DNA from: an uncultured Planctomycetota bacterium
GTDB taxonomy: Bacteria; Planctomycetota; Planctomycetia; Isosphaerales; Isosphaeraceae
DNA length: 64,000 bases
Direction of reading: 5' to 3'
Assembly: GCA_963823665.1 (NCBI GenBank)
Contig: CAWGMQ010000007.1
Span: 704,001 to 768,000, forward strand
The first letter of the stretch is position 1, and the number at the start of each line of letters is the position of its first letter. Position numbers and translations under genes: made by a program. Of the stretch, positions 19,759-31,234 are shown piece by piece. The notes under the pieces were generated by a model. That model searched no databases and was not told where the DNA came from. It saw only the letters and a list, made by a program, of their open reading frames with translations.

Positions 19759-21708
19759 ATGTGCGGTATCGCATCCTTTGCTCTCGCCGTGTCAATCGCC
19801 ACTGTCGGCCAGGTCGACTGGTTTCAATCCTTTCCCGCGCATCGCGTTGTCGGCAACGTCTACTATGTCGGCTCGAAGGATCTGGCCAGCTACCTGATCA
19901 CCACTCCCGAAGGCCACATCCTGATCAACAGCGGCTTCGAGCGCACCGTCCCGTTGATCCGCGATTCCGTCGAATCGCTCGGCTTCAAGATGACCGACAT
20001 CAAGATCCTGCTCGCCAGCCACGCCCACTCCGACCACGTCGCCGGCCACGCCCTGATGCAGAATCAGACGGGAGCCAAGGTCTACGTGATGCGCGGTGAC
20101 GACGGCGTAATTGCCTCGGGAGGCGAAGGCCAGTACTTCTATACGATCAACCGCTGGAAACCCTGCAAGGTCGACCGCGTTCTCGAAGACGGCGAGGAGG
20201 TCAAGCTCGGCGGCGTCACATTGGTCGCGCGCCTGCACCCCCGGTCACACCCGAGGCTGCACGACCTGGACCTGGCGAACCGCGAGCGGCGGCAAGGACT
20301 ACGACGTCGTGGTGATTGGCAGTCCCAACGTCAACCCGGGCTACAAGCTCGTGGACAACAAATGGTATCTCGAGATCGCCGGCGACTTCGCCACGACGTT
20401 CGAGGTACTCAAGAAACTCCCCTGCGACGTCTTCCTGGGAGCACACGGAGGCTACTACGGCATGATCGAGAAATTTGAGCGCGCCAGGAAGGACGCGAAC
20501 GCAAACCCATTCGTTGACCCCAAAGGATACCGCGCGTTCGTCGCGCAGAAGGAGAAAGCGTTCCGCGACACGCTGGCCACGCAGCAATCCCCCGGTCGCG
20601 ACCACCCCGCGGCGTTGTCCGCGATCGGCGAGCGTCTACGCCCCTTCATCGACGACCACGAGATCGCAGGCGCCACCACGCTCGTCGCCACCCGCGATGG
20701 AATCGTCGACCTCGACGCAATCGGCAAGGCCGAGCATCGCACACGACAGGCCGATGCAGACTGACTCGATCTTCTGGATCGCGTCGATGACCAAGCCCAT
20801 CACCGCCACGGCCGTGCTGATGCTGCAGGACGAAGGCAAGCTCTCGGTCGACGATCCGGTCGAAAAGTACATTGCCCGAATTCAAGGACCTGAAGACCGC
20901 CGATGGCAAGCCGGCGCGGCTGACCATCCGCCACCTGCTCACCCACACCTCAGGCATGGGTGAAGTCACACCCGAACAGGCCCGCGAGATCACGAATCTG
21001 GCCGGCTTGATCCCGCTCCATGTCGCCAAGCCGGTCGCCTTCGAGCCGGGCACGAAGTGGGTCTACTGCCAGTCGGGAATCAACACGGCGGCACGGATTG
21101 TCGAGGTCGTCTCGGGCCAGCCGTTCGAGAAGTTCCTCGAGCAACGGCTCTTCGTTCCGCTCGGCATGAAGGACACGACCTTCTACCTCACCGACGCGCA
21201 GCTTCCCAGGCTCGCCACATCCTATCGCCGCACGCGTCAAGGAGCGCTCGAGGAGACGCAGAATTTCATCCTGTACGGCAAGTCGCCCACCAGCCGCGAC
21301 CGCTTCCCGGCGGCAAACGGCGGACTCTTCTCGACCGCGCAGGATTACTGCCGTTTCTGTCAGATGTTCATCAACGACGGCTCACTTGACGGTAAACAGT
21401 ACTTGAAGCCCGAAACGGTCAAGCTGATGACCAGAATTCACACCGGCGCGATCAAGACCGGCTTCACCGACGGCAACGGCTGGGGCCTCGGCTTTTGCGT
21501 CGTCCGCGACCCGCAGGGAATCACCTCGATGCTGGCTCCCGGCTCCTTCGGCCACGGCGGGGCCTACGGCACACAGGCGTGGATCGACCCGGAAAAGAAG
21601 CGAATCTTTATCCTGCTGGTTCAGCGCGCCGACTTCCCCAACTCCGACGCCTCCGAAGTCCGCCGCGCCTTCCAGCAAGCCGCCGCCTCCGCCCTGACAC
21701 CCAAGTAG
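19759..21708 (+). CDS. Fusion of subclass B3 metallo-beta-lactamase and serine hydrolase (class C beta-lactamase-like); three +1 frameshifts (~20236, ~20733, ~20871)
   Basis: B3: FPAHRVVGNVYYVG, SHAHSDH, PGHTRG, LGAHG. Serine domain: ASMTK (SxxK), LLTHTSG, YCQ, GHGG. The domain junction is read without a stop in ORF 20111-20764. Confidence 0.82.
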
Positions 21709-21754
21709 GTCAGTCTTCAGCCTGACGACTGCGTAGGTCAGGCTTCAGCCTGAC
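21705..21754 (+). repeat. Two tandem REP-like palindromes (GTAG + GTCAGGC..GCCTGAC)
   Basis: gtaggtcagtcttcagcctgac (21705-21726) and gtaggtcaggcttcagcctgac (21733-21754). Confidence 0.75.
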
Positions 21755-21860
21755 GTTGAGATTGGGCGAGAATCCCGCGAATATCTTCAAGCCCCCGAAA
21801 GGGGGCGGCATCCTGGAGTCCGGTGGCGCAAGCCCCGGGCGTGGCCATACGGACCCGTCG

Positions 21861-24719
21861 ATGCAACCGAACACCGGAGTTCATCACCATTCCGCTCCCG
21901 AAGCCAAGATCGCGCTCTTCCGTTCGTTGTTCCGAGGCCGTGACAATCTCTACGCTCGCCGGTTCGTGAGCAACAAGACCGGCGCATCCGGCTTCGCACC
22001 CGCCTGCTTGAACGAATGGATACGCGGCATCTGCGAAAAGCCCCGAATCAAGTGCGCCGAATGCCGCCATCAGCAATTCATTCCCGTGACCGACGAAGCA
22101 ATCGGGCGGCACCTCGCCGGTCAAGATGATGACGGCCAGGAATTCGTCATGGCGGTGTATCCCATGTTCCGCGATGAATCGTGCTGCTTCCTCGCGGTCG
22201 ATCTCGACAAGCCGAGCTGGCCGGCTCACGCCCGTAGCTTCGTCGAAGCATCGCGACATCTGGACATTCCCGTCGCCCTTGAGCGAACCCGTGGGGGCCG
22301 CAGTGGTCGGATCTGGTTCTTTTTCGCCGAAGCCATCCCCGCGAGCCTGGCACGTAGACTCGGCTTTTGCGCTCTGACGGAAACGACCAGGCGCTGCCCT
22401 GAGATCGGCCTTGATTCGTACGGTCGTTTCTTTCCCGATCAGGACACACTTCCCCTGGGCGGGTTCGGCAGCCTGGTCGACCTGCCGCTTCAAAAGCGCC
22501 CGCGCCAATCCGGCAGCAGCATCTTCGTCGACGACAGCCTTCTGCCGTTTGAGGATCAGTGGGCGTTCTTATCGCAAATCCCGAAGATCGATCGCAGCCA
22601 GGTAGAACGCGTTGTCCATTTCGCCCAATCCAGCGGTCGTCTCATCGGCATGACGTCGGCTTTGAGCACCGCCGAAGATGATCCCAGCCGCCCGGCCCGG
22701 CCACCCTCGCGCCGCCACGCGCAGTTGTCTTGCGGTCCGCTGCCCAGAACCGTGGACCTGCATCTGAGCAACGAGGTGCTCATCGAGAAGAGCGACTTGC
22801 CGCCTGCATTTACTCGACCGCCTGATTCGCGTTGCGGCGTTCCCGAATCCGGAGTTCGAGAAACTGCAAGCGATGCATCTTCCGGCCTCCAGCAAGGCGC
22901 GGATCGTCTGCTGCGCCCGCGATTATCCGCACCACATCGGTTTGCCGCGCGGCTGCCTGGATGAGATCCTCGAGCTGCTCGCCGAGCTGAACGTGACGCC
23001 CATCATCCGCGACGAACGCTTCCCCGGCCGCAGATTGGACGCATCGTTTCGTGGTGCCTTGAGACCGGACCAGCAGCTTGCTGCGGAAGCCATGCTGGCC
23101 CACGATACCGGTGTCCTCTCGGCCACAACGGCCTTCGGCAAGACGGTCATCGGAGCGTGGTTGATCGCCGAGCGCGGCGTCAACACGCTGGTACTCGTCC
23201 ACCGCCGCCAACTGCAAGAACAATGGATCGACCGGCTATCGGCATTCCTCAGCCTGCCGGCGCGTGCGATCGGCCGTAGTGGCGGCGGGACGAGGAAACC
23301 GACGGGCGCCGTCGATGTGGCCCTGATCCAGAGCCTGGTGCGACGGGGGGCCGTCCGCGAAATGGTGCGGCACTATGGTCAATTAATTGTTGACGAATGC
23401 CATCATCTCTCCGCACGTACTTTCGAACAAGTGGCCCGCGCCTCACGGGCGAGATTCGTTGCGGGTTTATCCGCGACGATCACGAGGAAAGACGGCCACC
23501 ATCCCGTCATCCTCATGCAATGCGGCCCGGTGCGCCACCGTGTTGATGCGCGAGCACAATCCGCGGCGCGGCCGTTCGAGCACAATGCGATCATTCGGCC
23601 GACGGGCTTCTCTCCGGTCCGAGCCGCTAGCCCCGACGCACGCGTGCAATTCCATGATGCTCTACAACGATCTGATCGCCGATGCCGATCGCAATGGCAA
23701 GATCGCCGGCGATGTCGTGCAGGCCGTTCGCGACGGACGATCTCCGATCGTGCTGACCGAGCGGAATGATCATCTCGATGAGCTGGCCGGCCGCCTCTCG
23801 CCCGAAGTGCGCCACCTGGTCGTGCTTCGCGGTGGCATGAGCAAAGCCGAGCGCGATCGCACAAATAGCAGCGCTGGCCGCGATTCCACCCCACGAGGAT
23901 CGCGTGCTCCTGGCAACGGGCGGCTACATCGGCGAGGGATTCGACGACGCCCGGCTCGACACCCTGTTCCTGACGCTTCCGGTCTCCTGGCATGGAACGA
24001 TCGCGCAGTACGTCGGCCGATTGCATCGCCTGCATGAAGGCAAGCGTGAAGTGCGCGTTTACGACTACGCTGACTTGAACGTCACAATGTTCTCGCGGAT
24101 GTTCGACCGCCGTTGTCACGGATATGAAGCCGTCGGATACACGCATCCAGCTTCCGGCAAGTGCCGTGCCCGGCTGGCCGGCAGACGTTCCGCTTCCCGT
24201 CGATCCGGCATGGAAGAGCCAGTATGCCCGGAGCGTCCGGCGCTTGATTCGCGACGGCGTCGACTCGCCTCTGGCCCATCTCTTCGTTCACGTCTCCAGA
24301 ACGTTCGCCGACGACGCAGAAGGTGTCGATCGCGCGCGCAGCGCAACCGAGGCCTTTCTGTATTGGCCGGCTCGAGTCCATGCCGGAAACCACCGGCCGC
24401 GTTCGATCTCAACTCGCAGTTGCCGATCGCGTTTGACGGCTCAGGCGCCATGGAAGTCGATTTTCTCTTCGAAGAAGAACGCCTGGTGGTCGAGCTCGAC
24501 GGCGCTCAGCACCTGGGCGACGCCGACGCATACCGGCGAGACCGTCGTAAAGATGCGCGACTGCAAGAAAACGGCTATCTCGTGCTTCGTTTCCTCGCTC
24601 AGGACCTGGGCACGCGCCTCGATGAAGTGCTCGATGCGATTCTTCGAGCGCTTTCGAATCGCCGCGCCGCGATGGCAATTCCGCGCGGTGATCTCGCTCT
24701 TCGGGATTGCAATCCTTGA
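21861..24719 (+). CDS. AEP-type primase (TOTE-like) + superfamily 2 DExH helicase + DUF559 endonuclease multidomain protein (multiple frameshifts)
   Basis: LFRSLFRGRDNLYARRF, FAPACLNEW, FLAVDLDK; ATTAFGKT, IVDECHH, GLSAT, QYVGRLHR; EVDFL...LVVELDGAQH...DRRKDARLQENGYLVLRF. Confidence 0.8.
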
Positions 24720-24722
24720 CGT

Positions 24723-24815
24723 CGGCCCTCGTTCCGTGAGCCCCGCGAACCAAGCTATCGCCGGAGGGTGACCGCGCTGAATGTCGATGAGTACGTCGGT
24801 ATCGACAAGATCCAT
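24723..24815 (-). pseudogene. Truncated PIN/VapC toxin remnant
   Basis: MDLVDTDVLIDIQRGHPPAIAWFAGLTE is a PIN N-terminus; similarity ends after ~28 codons. Confidence 0.6.
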
Positions 24816-24818
24816 CGA

Positions 24819-25079
24819 TCATTCGCTCTTCCGCTGTTCTGAAATCTGTCGCAAAGCACGAGCATGCGCTCCGGCATCGACGATGTCGGGCCTCGTTCCG
24901 ATCAGTCCTTCACTCTGCCAGTAGTTCACCAGCTCGGCGCCGTCGCGAAGCTTTGGGCCGGGAATTCGACCCTCGGCGAGGAGTCGCAATGCGTAATCCG
25001 CGAGCGAGAGATTGAGCCGCGCCGCTTCAGCAGCGAGAACCGTCTCAAGCTCAGGCGGTAGATCGACCACGAGACTCAT
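24819..25079 (-). CDS. Putative antitoxin
   Basis: MSLVVDLPPELETVLAAEAARLNLSLADY ribbon-helix-helix-like start, directly upstream of the PIN remnant. Confidence 0.65.
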   Translation of the reverse strand: MSLVVDLPPELETVLAAEAARLNLSLADYALRLLAEGRIPGPKLRDGAELVNYWQSEGLIGTRPDIVDAGAHARALRQISEQRKSE

Positions 25080-25195
25080 CTGCGATCCTCACTGAATAAC
25101 TGCGGCCAGCCTCCATTTATGGCCGCCCTGTCCTGAGCTCGCAAGACCAATCGCGTCGCGCCTGTATTGGCCGCATGGCGACGCCGAATTCAGCG

Positions 25196-26802
25196 TCACT
25201 CCCTCCCCAGCGTCACATCCACCGCCCCGATCAAGCTCTCGCCCAGCCCCTTTTGCCGGATCGCCTCGAGGTCGCTCCGGCAGGCGAAGAGAGCGTCGAT
25301 CACGTCCGCGTCCCACTGCACGCTCCGTCCCTTCAACAGGATGTTGTCGATCTGCGATAAGCTGAGCCGGCGCCGGTAGGGCCGGTTGCTCGACATCGCG
25401 TCGAACGAGTCGGCCACCGCCAGGATGCGGGCCTCGAGCGGAATCTCCTCTCCAGACAGACGGTCGGGATATCCGCTGCCGTCCATGCTCTCGTGATGGT
25501 GCCTCACGCCCGGCAGAATGTGATGCAGCTTCCGCAGGTCCTTGAGGATCGTCACCCCGATCTCCACGTGCGCCTGGATCTTCTTGTATTCCTCCGGCGT
25601 GAGCGGGCCCGTCTTCTTGAGCACGTCGTCGTCGATGCCGATCTTGCCGACGTCGTGCAGCAACCCGGCGAGATACAGGTCGCTCCGCTTGGCTGGCGGC
25701 ATCCTCAGCTCCTCCGCCAGCCGGACGGCGATTCGCGCCACGCGTTCCGAATGACCCGATGTATACGGATCCTTGGCGTCAATCGCGGCGGTGAGCGCCC
25801 GGATGATGCCGAAAAGCAGCTCTTTGAGATCGGCGTAGATCCTGGCATTCGAAAGCTGGGCCACGATCAGCGAGCCGACATGCTGCAGGCGCTCGACCGC
25901 CTCGGCGCTGATCTCGCCGTCATCGAGCGGATTGACCGCCAGCAGCCAGCCCAGCGAGCCGGCAGCGACCGATACATACCGCCTTACCGACGGCGGAGCG
26001 CCTCGCGCCTGCGCGCTCGGGCCGTCGGGGCACAGAATCGTCGAATCATGGCCCGACGGAGCTTGAAACCCGCGATACGCCGCCGCGCTCAAGCCCGGTA
26101 TCTCGCCGCTGACCACCACCGGCTCATGCGTGTCCCTGGGCACCCAGGCCACAGCCGTCAAATTCAAAGATGTCCGGAGAACCGTGGTCGCAACCGTCTG
26201 GAAATGATGCGGAGGATCGGATATCCGCAGCCGGCGGGTCAGCCGGTTGATCGCGATGCCCTTGTCAACGTCCGCCGGATGCGTTCGCGACCCACTATCG
26301 CGCTCCGGCCCACGCGCGGCGCCCGCAGATACCGCCCCGCGACTTGTTCCCCCCAGGCGCGTAGAGCAGGCTCCGCACACACCGGGCCCCACCTCACGGC
26401 TGTATCCGTCATTTCGTCCAATGTCTCATCGCACTCGGCCGTCTCGGGTGCTGCGTCCGCCGGTGCCTGAAAGCCGACAAAGGCCACCAGCCCGTCGCTC
26501 GCCGGCAGCAACAGCCACCACACCCGCTTGCAATCGAGCGGCCGGCGCCAGGTCATCGCTCGCCCTTGGGCCAGTTCCGTCGACCGGCACAAAAGGAAGA
26601 GCGAGTCGTTGATCTCGGGGAACTGCGATCGCAAAGCCCCGGCGACCGAGCACCACCGCTTGTGCCTCGGGTCGAATATCGCCACCGGCGCGCAGAATTC
26701 CGTGGCGAGCTCTGCGGCCAAAGCCGCCCACTCTACCGGCACCGCCGCCGTCCCAACATGCCCGGCATCGCGATCCCGTTCCTCCCATGTGTCGCGGATC
26801 AT
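25196..26802 (-). CDS. HD-GYP domain c-di-GMP phosphodiesterase (frameshift ~26280)
   Basis: KDPYTSGHSERV, LLHDVGKIG, HHESMDGSGYP, AVADSFDAM; N-terminus in ORF 26239-26904 with GAGGAG RBS before ATG 26802. Confidence 0.85.
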
Positions 26803-27076
26803 CGGTCTCCTCTTCGTTATGACTCGACACGAGTATCCTAGGATATGGATTCGAACCCGTCGTCCAGAGCCCCGCGGACCATCGCACTTCACCAACCCAT
26901 GCACTCCCCGCCCCCCGCACTGGACAACCGCAGAAGGGCGGCGTAGAGAACCAGTGCCGGAGGTCCAGCCACCGAGCTGAGCCGGAGACCGCTGCCCGGC
27001 GCATGCTATTTTGGCGGCCTCGTGCTAAGTCAAACGCACGGTTCCGGTTCTAAACCACAGGGCTCACAGCATTTCC

Positions 27077-30000
27077 ATGACCCGCTCCTCGCGCGATTCG
27101 CTGTCGGCAAGCCACTGCCCCCGCGAGATCCTCGACGATTGGGATCCGTTTACCAGCGTCAACGATGTTGACGCCGAACCACACTCCGCCAAAAACGAAA
27201 CGCCCTCGCGACCGTCCGAATCCGGGCATTCTCCGGCCGATTCGGGCGGCATCGCTCCGCCGCATTTTGAGTGGGCGGCGCTCGACCGCTCCGATCCTGT
27301 CGCTCCCCGGCCGCTGTCGTCCCCGGCCGATGCCATAGCACAAAGCCGCGAGCTGGTCGATGGCTTTGAGCTCGAGGCGTCGCAGCCGCTCTGGGCGAGT
27401 ACCGTCGGTCCTCGCGCGGGCGATTCGGGCGGCGCAGACCGGAACGGGCCTGAGCGCCAGCAGCGCAGCAGGCGCACCGCGCCGGCGCCTGCCGCGGCCC
27501 GGTGACCTTCTGGCGGGATTTCGCGTCGTCCTTGAGCTGGGGCGAGGCGCATTCGCGCGGGTTTATCTCGCCGAGGAAGTCGGCCTGGGCCGCAGACTCG
27601 TCGCCATCAAGGTATCACGTCCCGATGGTAACGAGCCGCAAATACTCGCGCGCCTTCAGCATACCCACATCGTGCCGGTGCACTCGGTGTGCGACGATCC
27701 GGAAACCGGTCTGCGCGTGCTCTGTATGCCCTATTTCGGCGGCGCAAATCTCGCTCGCGTGCTCGAGGCCTCCGGAGGTCTCATCCCGGCCAGCACCAAC
27801 GGGCGCAGCCTGGTGAAGGCCCTCGATGAGGTCAGCCGCGATTTCGGCCCGCGATCGACGGGTGCCCTTGTTCCATCGCGATCGGTGCGCCTCGATCGCG
27901 CATCGCGGTCAAACCCCGCACCTTCGCCCGTCGCTTCCTCGTTATCGCTTTCAGGGCGCCCCGAGAGCCAGGCCGCCTCGCGCTTGCGATCGTTGCTCTC
28001 GCGCTGGGTTACCCAGAGCGCTGTTTCGGCGGCCCGGCTCGAAGAGCGCGAAGCCGATCTCGGCCAGCCTTCGCGACAGTTTCTCCACGGCGCCTCCGCT
28101 ATCCAGGCTGCCGTGTGGATCGTCGCCCGCCTGGCCGACGGCCTCGATCATGCCCACTCGCGCGGCCTCCTGCACCGCGACTTGAAGCCGGCCAACATCT
28201 TGCTGGCGGGCGACGGAACGCCGATGCTCCTTGACTTCAATCTCTCCGTGGAGGCTTTGCCTCACACCGGCGAGACCGACATCCGCCGCGCCTTCGTGGG
28301 CGGCACGCTTCCGTACATGGCACCCGAACATCTCGACGCGTTCAATCCCCGCGGTTCAACCCCTCCCGAGGCCGTCGACGAGCGATCCGATATCTACGCG
28401 CTGGGGCTGATCCTGTTTGAAATACTGGCGGGCGAGCCCGCTTTTCCCGAAGTGCCGATCGGCGGCTCGCTGCTCGACTCGATCGAGCTCATGCTCGCGG
28501 GTCGCCGCCAGGTTCCCTCGCTCCGGGCCAGATGTCCCGAAGTTCCCTGGAGCCTCGACGCACTCGTCGCCAAATGCCTGGCGGTCGACCCGGCTCGCCG
28601 CTACGCCCGCGCCCGCGATCTCGCCGAAGACCTGCACCGGTTCCTCGAAAACCTGCCGATGAAACACGGCCCTGAGCCGAGTTTTCGCGAGCGCATGGGC
28701 AAGTTCGCCAGACGCCATCCCACCCTCTGCGGCACGGCCTCGATCACATTGATCTCGATCGTCCTGGTCGCAATGCTCGGAACGGGCGTCGTCCTGCTCT
28801 ATGGCATGCTGCAAGATCTTCACGCGCGGATCAAGGTGCGCCAGTTCGATCACAATTTCACCCAGGTCCAGTTCCTGCTCAATACAGCCACCGGCTCGGA
28901 CGATCATATGAAGCGCGGATTGAATGCCGCACGCCGCGAGCTCGAGGAGCTCAGCTCTCAAACAGGATCGCCCGCACTCCCCGCCGGCTGGCCCATGCGC
29001 CTCACCGCACTCGAGCAAACGAGGCTGCGCGAGCAATTCGTCGAGATGATCATGCTCGAGGCCCGTGCCCGCGTCATGCTGGCAAAGCGGCATGGCTCGG
29101 AACGCGATCGCGCTGACGCGATCAACCGCGCCATCGCACGCTTGGAAGAGGCCGAGGCGATCGACCCTGGTCACGCCCCGTCCGCTCTTTATCAGGAACG
29201 AGCGCGGTATCACGCGGCCCTCGGGAAAGCCGGGCTAGCCGCGGCCGACCGCGCCCGCGCCGGTGCGCGGAAACCAACAAGCTCCCACGAGCTGACCCTC
29301 GAGGGAACCTCGCTCCTCGCCGCAGGCGATCTTGCGGGCGCCGAGGCGTCCCTGCGGCGAGCCCTCCAGCGCGACGTGACGTCGTTCTGGACGTGGTATG
29401 TCCTGGGCCATTGCCACTTCGGCCAGCGGCGCTACCTCGAAGCCGCGGGCGACTTCGCCGTATGTGCAGGCAAGGATTCCGGCTTTGCCTGGGTGCATTT
29501 CAATCGCGGCCTGGCGCTTGCCAGGGCCGGCCGCCTGCTCGATGCTCGCGATGCGTACGACCGCTCGATCGACATCGAGAACGACTGGCGCGAGGCCCTG
29601 GTCAACCGCGCGCTCGTCGAGCTCGAGCTGAACCAGCTCGAATCCGCGCGAGACGACCTCGTCCACGCCATCAAGCTAGGCCAGAGCGACGTGATTGTGC
29701 TGGCGGCCCTGGGAGAGGCCTGGGCGCGGCTTGGCCGCCCCCAAGAGTCCGAACGATACTTCGTCTCGTTGCTGGATAAAGACCCGAGCGATCTCGTCGT
29801 CCGCGTCGCGCGCGGCATGACTCGCATCGCGGGCGACCCCAAGGGCGCCGAGGATGACTTCCGACAAGTCCTCAAGCGCGACGAGCGTTGCGCCCACGCC
29901 CACTACGGCATGGCACTCATCGTACGGAAAGCCAGTCCGAAAGCGGCACTCGACCATCTGGACCGCGCGCTCGATTCCGATCCCAACCTGATCGACGCCG

Positions 30001-30284
30001 TTCAGCTCCGAGCGCTCGTGCGCGCCAGGCTCGGCGAGCGCGGCGCTCTCGACGACGTCGACCGCCTGGTCGAAAGCGCCACTGCCAACCGGCTCTACAA
30101 CGCCGCCTGCGCAGTCTCGCTGCTCTCGGAAAGCACCGCGGACACCCGCCTGATTTCCCACGCCATCGACCTGCTCACCCAAGCGATCAAGGCCGGCTTC
30201 CCCGCGCGCGAAGCCGCCACCGACACCGACCTGAAACCGCTCCGGTCCTCCCCGCGTTTCGCCGAGCTAACGAACCGAAAGTAG
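27077..30284 (+). CDS. Ser/Thr protein kinase with TM segment and TPR repeats (N-terminal part likely frameshifted; start uncertain)
   Basis: LGRGAFARVY, VAIK, HRDLKPANILL, DFNL, GTLPYMAPE; TPRs; terminal LYNAAC...DTDLKPLR. Confidence 0.85.
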
Positions 30285-30576
30285 GACAACCACGCTCCGC
30301 GCAGCTCGCCGGCGGGATGGCAAACGGACAGCAACAATCGCTAAGCTGTGAGTGTTGGTTCAGGTGTGCGCCTTCTGCCTGCAAAGACGCACTGGCTTCG
30401 AGGAAACGCCCATCAGGCCGATGATCGCCGTCCACGGTCACCTCTCGGAGAGGTGCTTCGGTCTATCCCCTCGCATGCGTGCTGGTTAGTCTTGAGGGGG
30501 GCACCGACTCGCGCTGCCGGACGGGGTCGCGCGGCGAGCGACCGCGCAGGCCGGGGCCCTGGGACGAGTGGCCCCG

Positions 30577-31149
30577 ATGAGCGACCTCACACGCATCCTC
30601 TCGGCGATCGAACAGGGCGAGCCGGGCGCCGCCGATCGGCTTTTGCCGCTGGTGTACGAGGAGCTGCGCAAGCTTGCCGCCGCCCGGCTCGCCCGGGAGA
30701 AGCCCGGCCAGACGCTCCAGGCGACAGCCCTGGTCCACGAGGCTTACCTGCGCCTGGTGGGCGGGGATGATTCGAAGCCGTGGAACGGCCGCGGCCATTT
30801 CTTCGGGGCGGCGGCCGGGGCCATGCGGCGGATCCTGGTCGAGAACGCCCGGCGAAAGGCCCGTATCCGCCACGGCGGCGGGCTCCGGCGGGTCGACCTG
30901 GACGGGATCGACCTCGCCCGCGACGAATCATCCGACGACCTGCTGGCGCTGGACGAGGCCCTCGACCGACTGACGGAGGAGGAGCCGATCGTCGCCCAGG
31001 TCGTGAAGCTCCGCCACTTCGCCGGCCTGACGATCGAGCAGGCTGCGGCGGCCCTGGACATCTCGGTGCGGACCGCCAACCGGCACTGGGCCTACGCCCG
31101 GGCCTGGCTCTATCAGCAGTTGAACCCTCCCGACGACGCGGCCGGTTGA
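30577..31149 (+). CDS. ECF sigma factor, planctomycete kinase-associated type (TIGR02999-like)
   Basis: LLPLVYEELRKLAAARL, TLQATALVHEAYLRL, WAYARAWL. Confidence 0.9.
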   Translation: MSDLTRILSAIEQGEPGAADRLLPLVYEELRKLAAARLAREKPGQTLQATALVHEAYLRLVGGDDSKPWNGRGHFFGAAAGAMRRILVENARRKARIRHGGGLRRVDLDGIDLARDESSDDLLALDEALDRLTEEEPIVAQVVKLRHFAGLTIEQAAAALDISVRTANRHWAYARAWLYQQLNPPDDAAG

Positions 31150-31166
31150 GGCGAATCTCGACCCGG

Positions 31167-31198
31167 GTGGCACGATTCGCCCCCGGGCGTCGCACTGA
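31167..31198 (+). promoter_or_regulatory. Putative ECF-dependent promoter of kinase gene
   Basis: GTGGCA-N15-CGTCGCACTGA; the same 11-mer occurs at the equivalent position at 35713-35723. Confidence 0.5.
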
Positions 31199-31234
31199 GC
31201 TCGGGAGACATCGATCAAGGCGAGGGCCCGAGCC

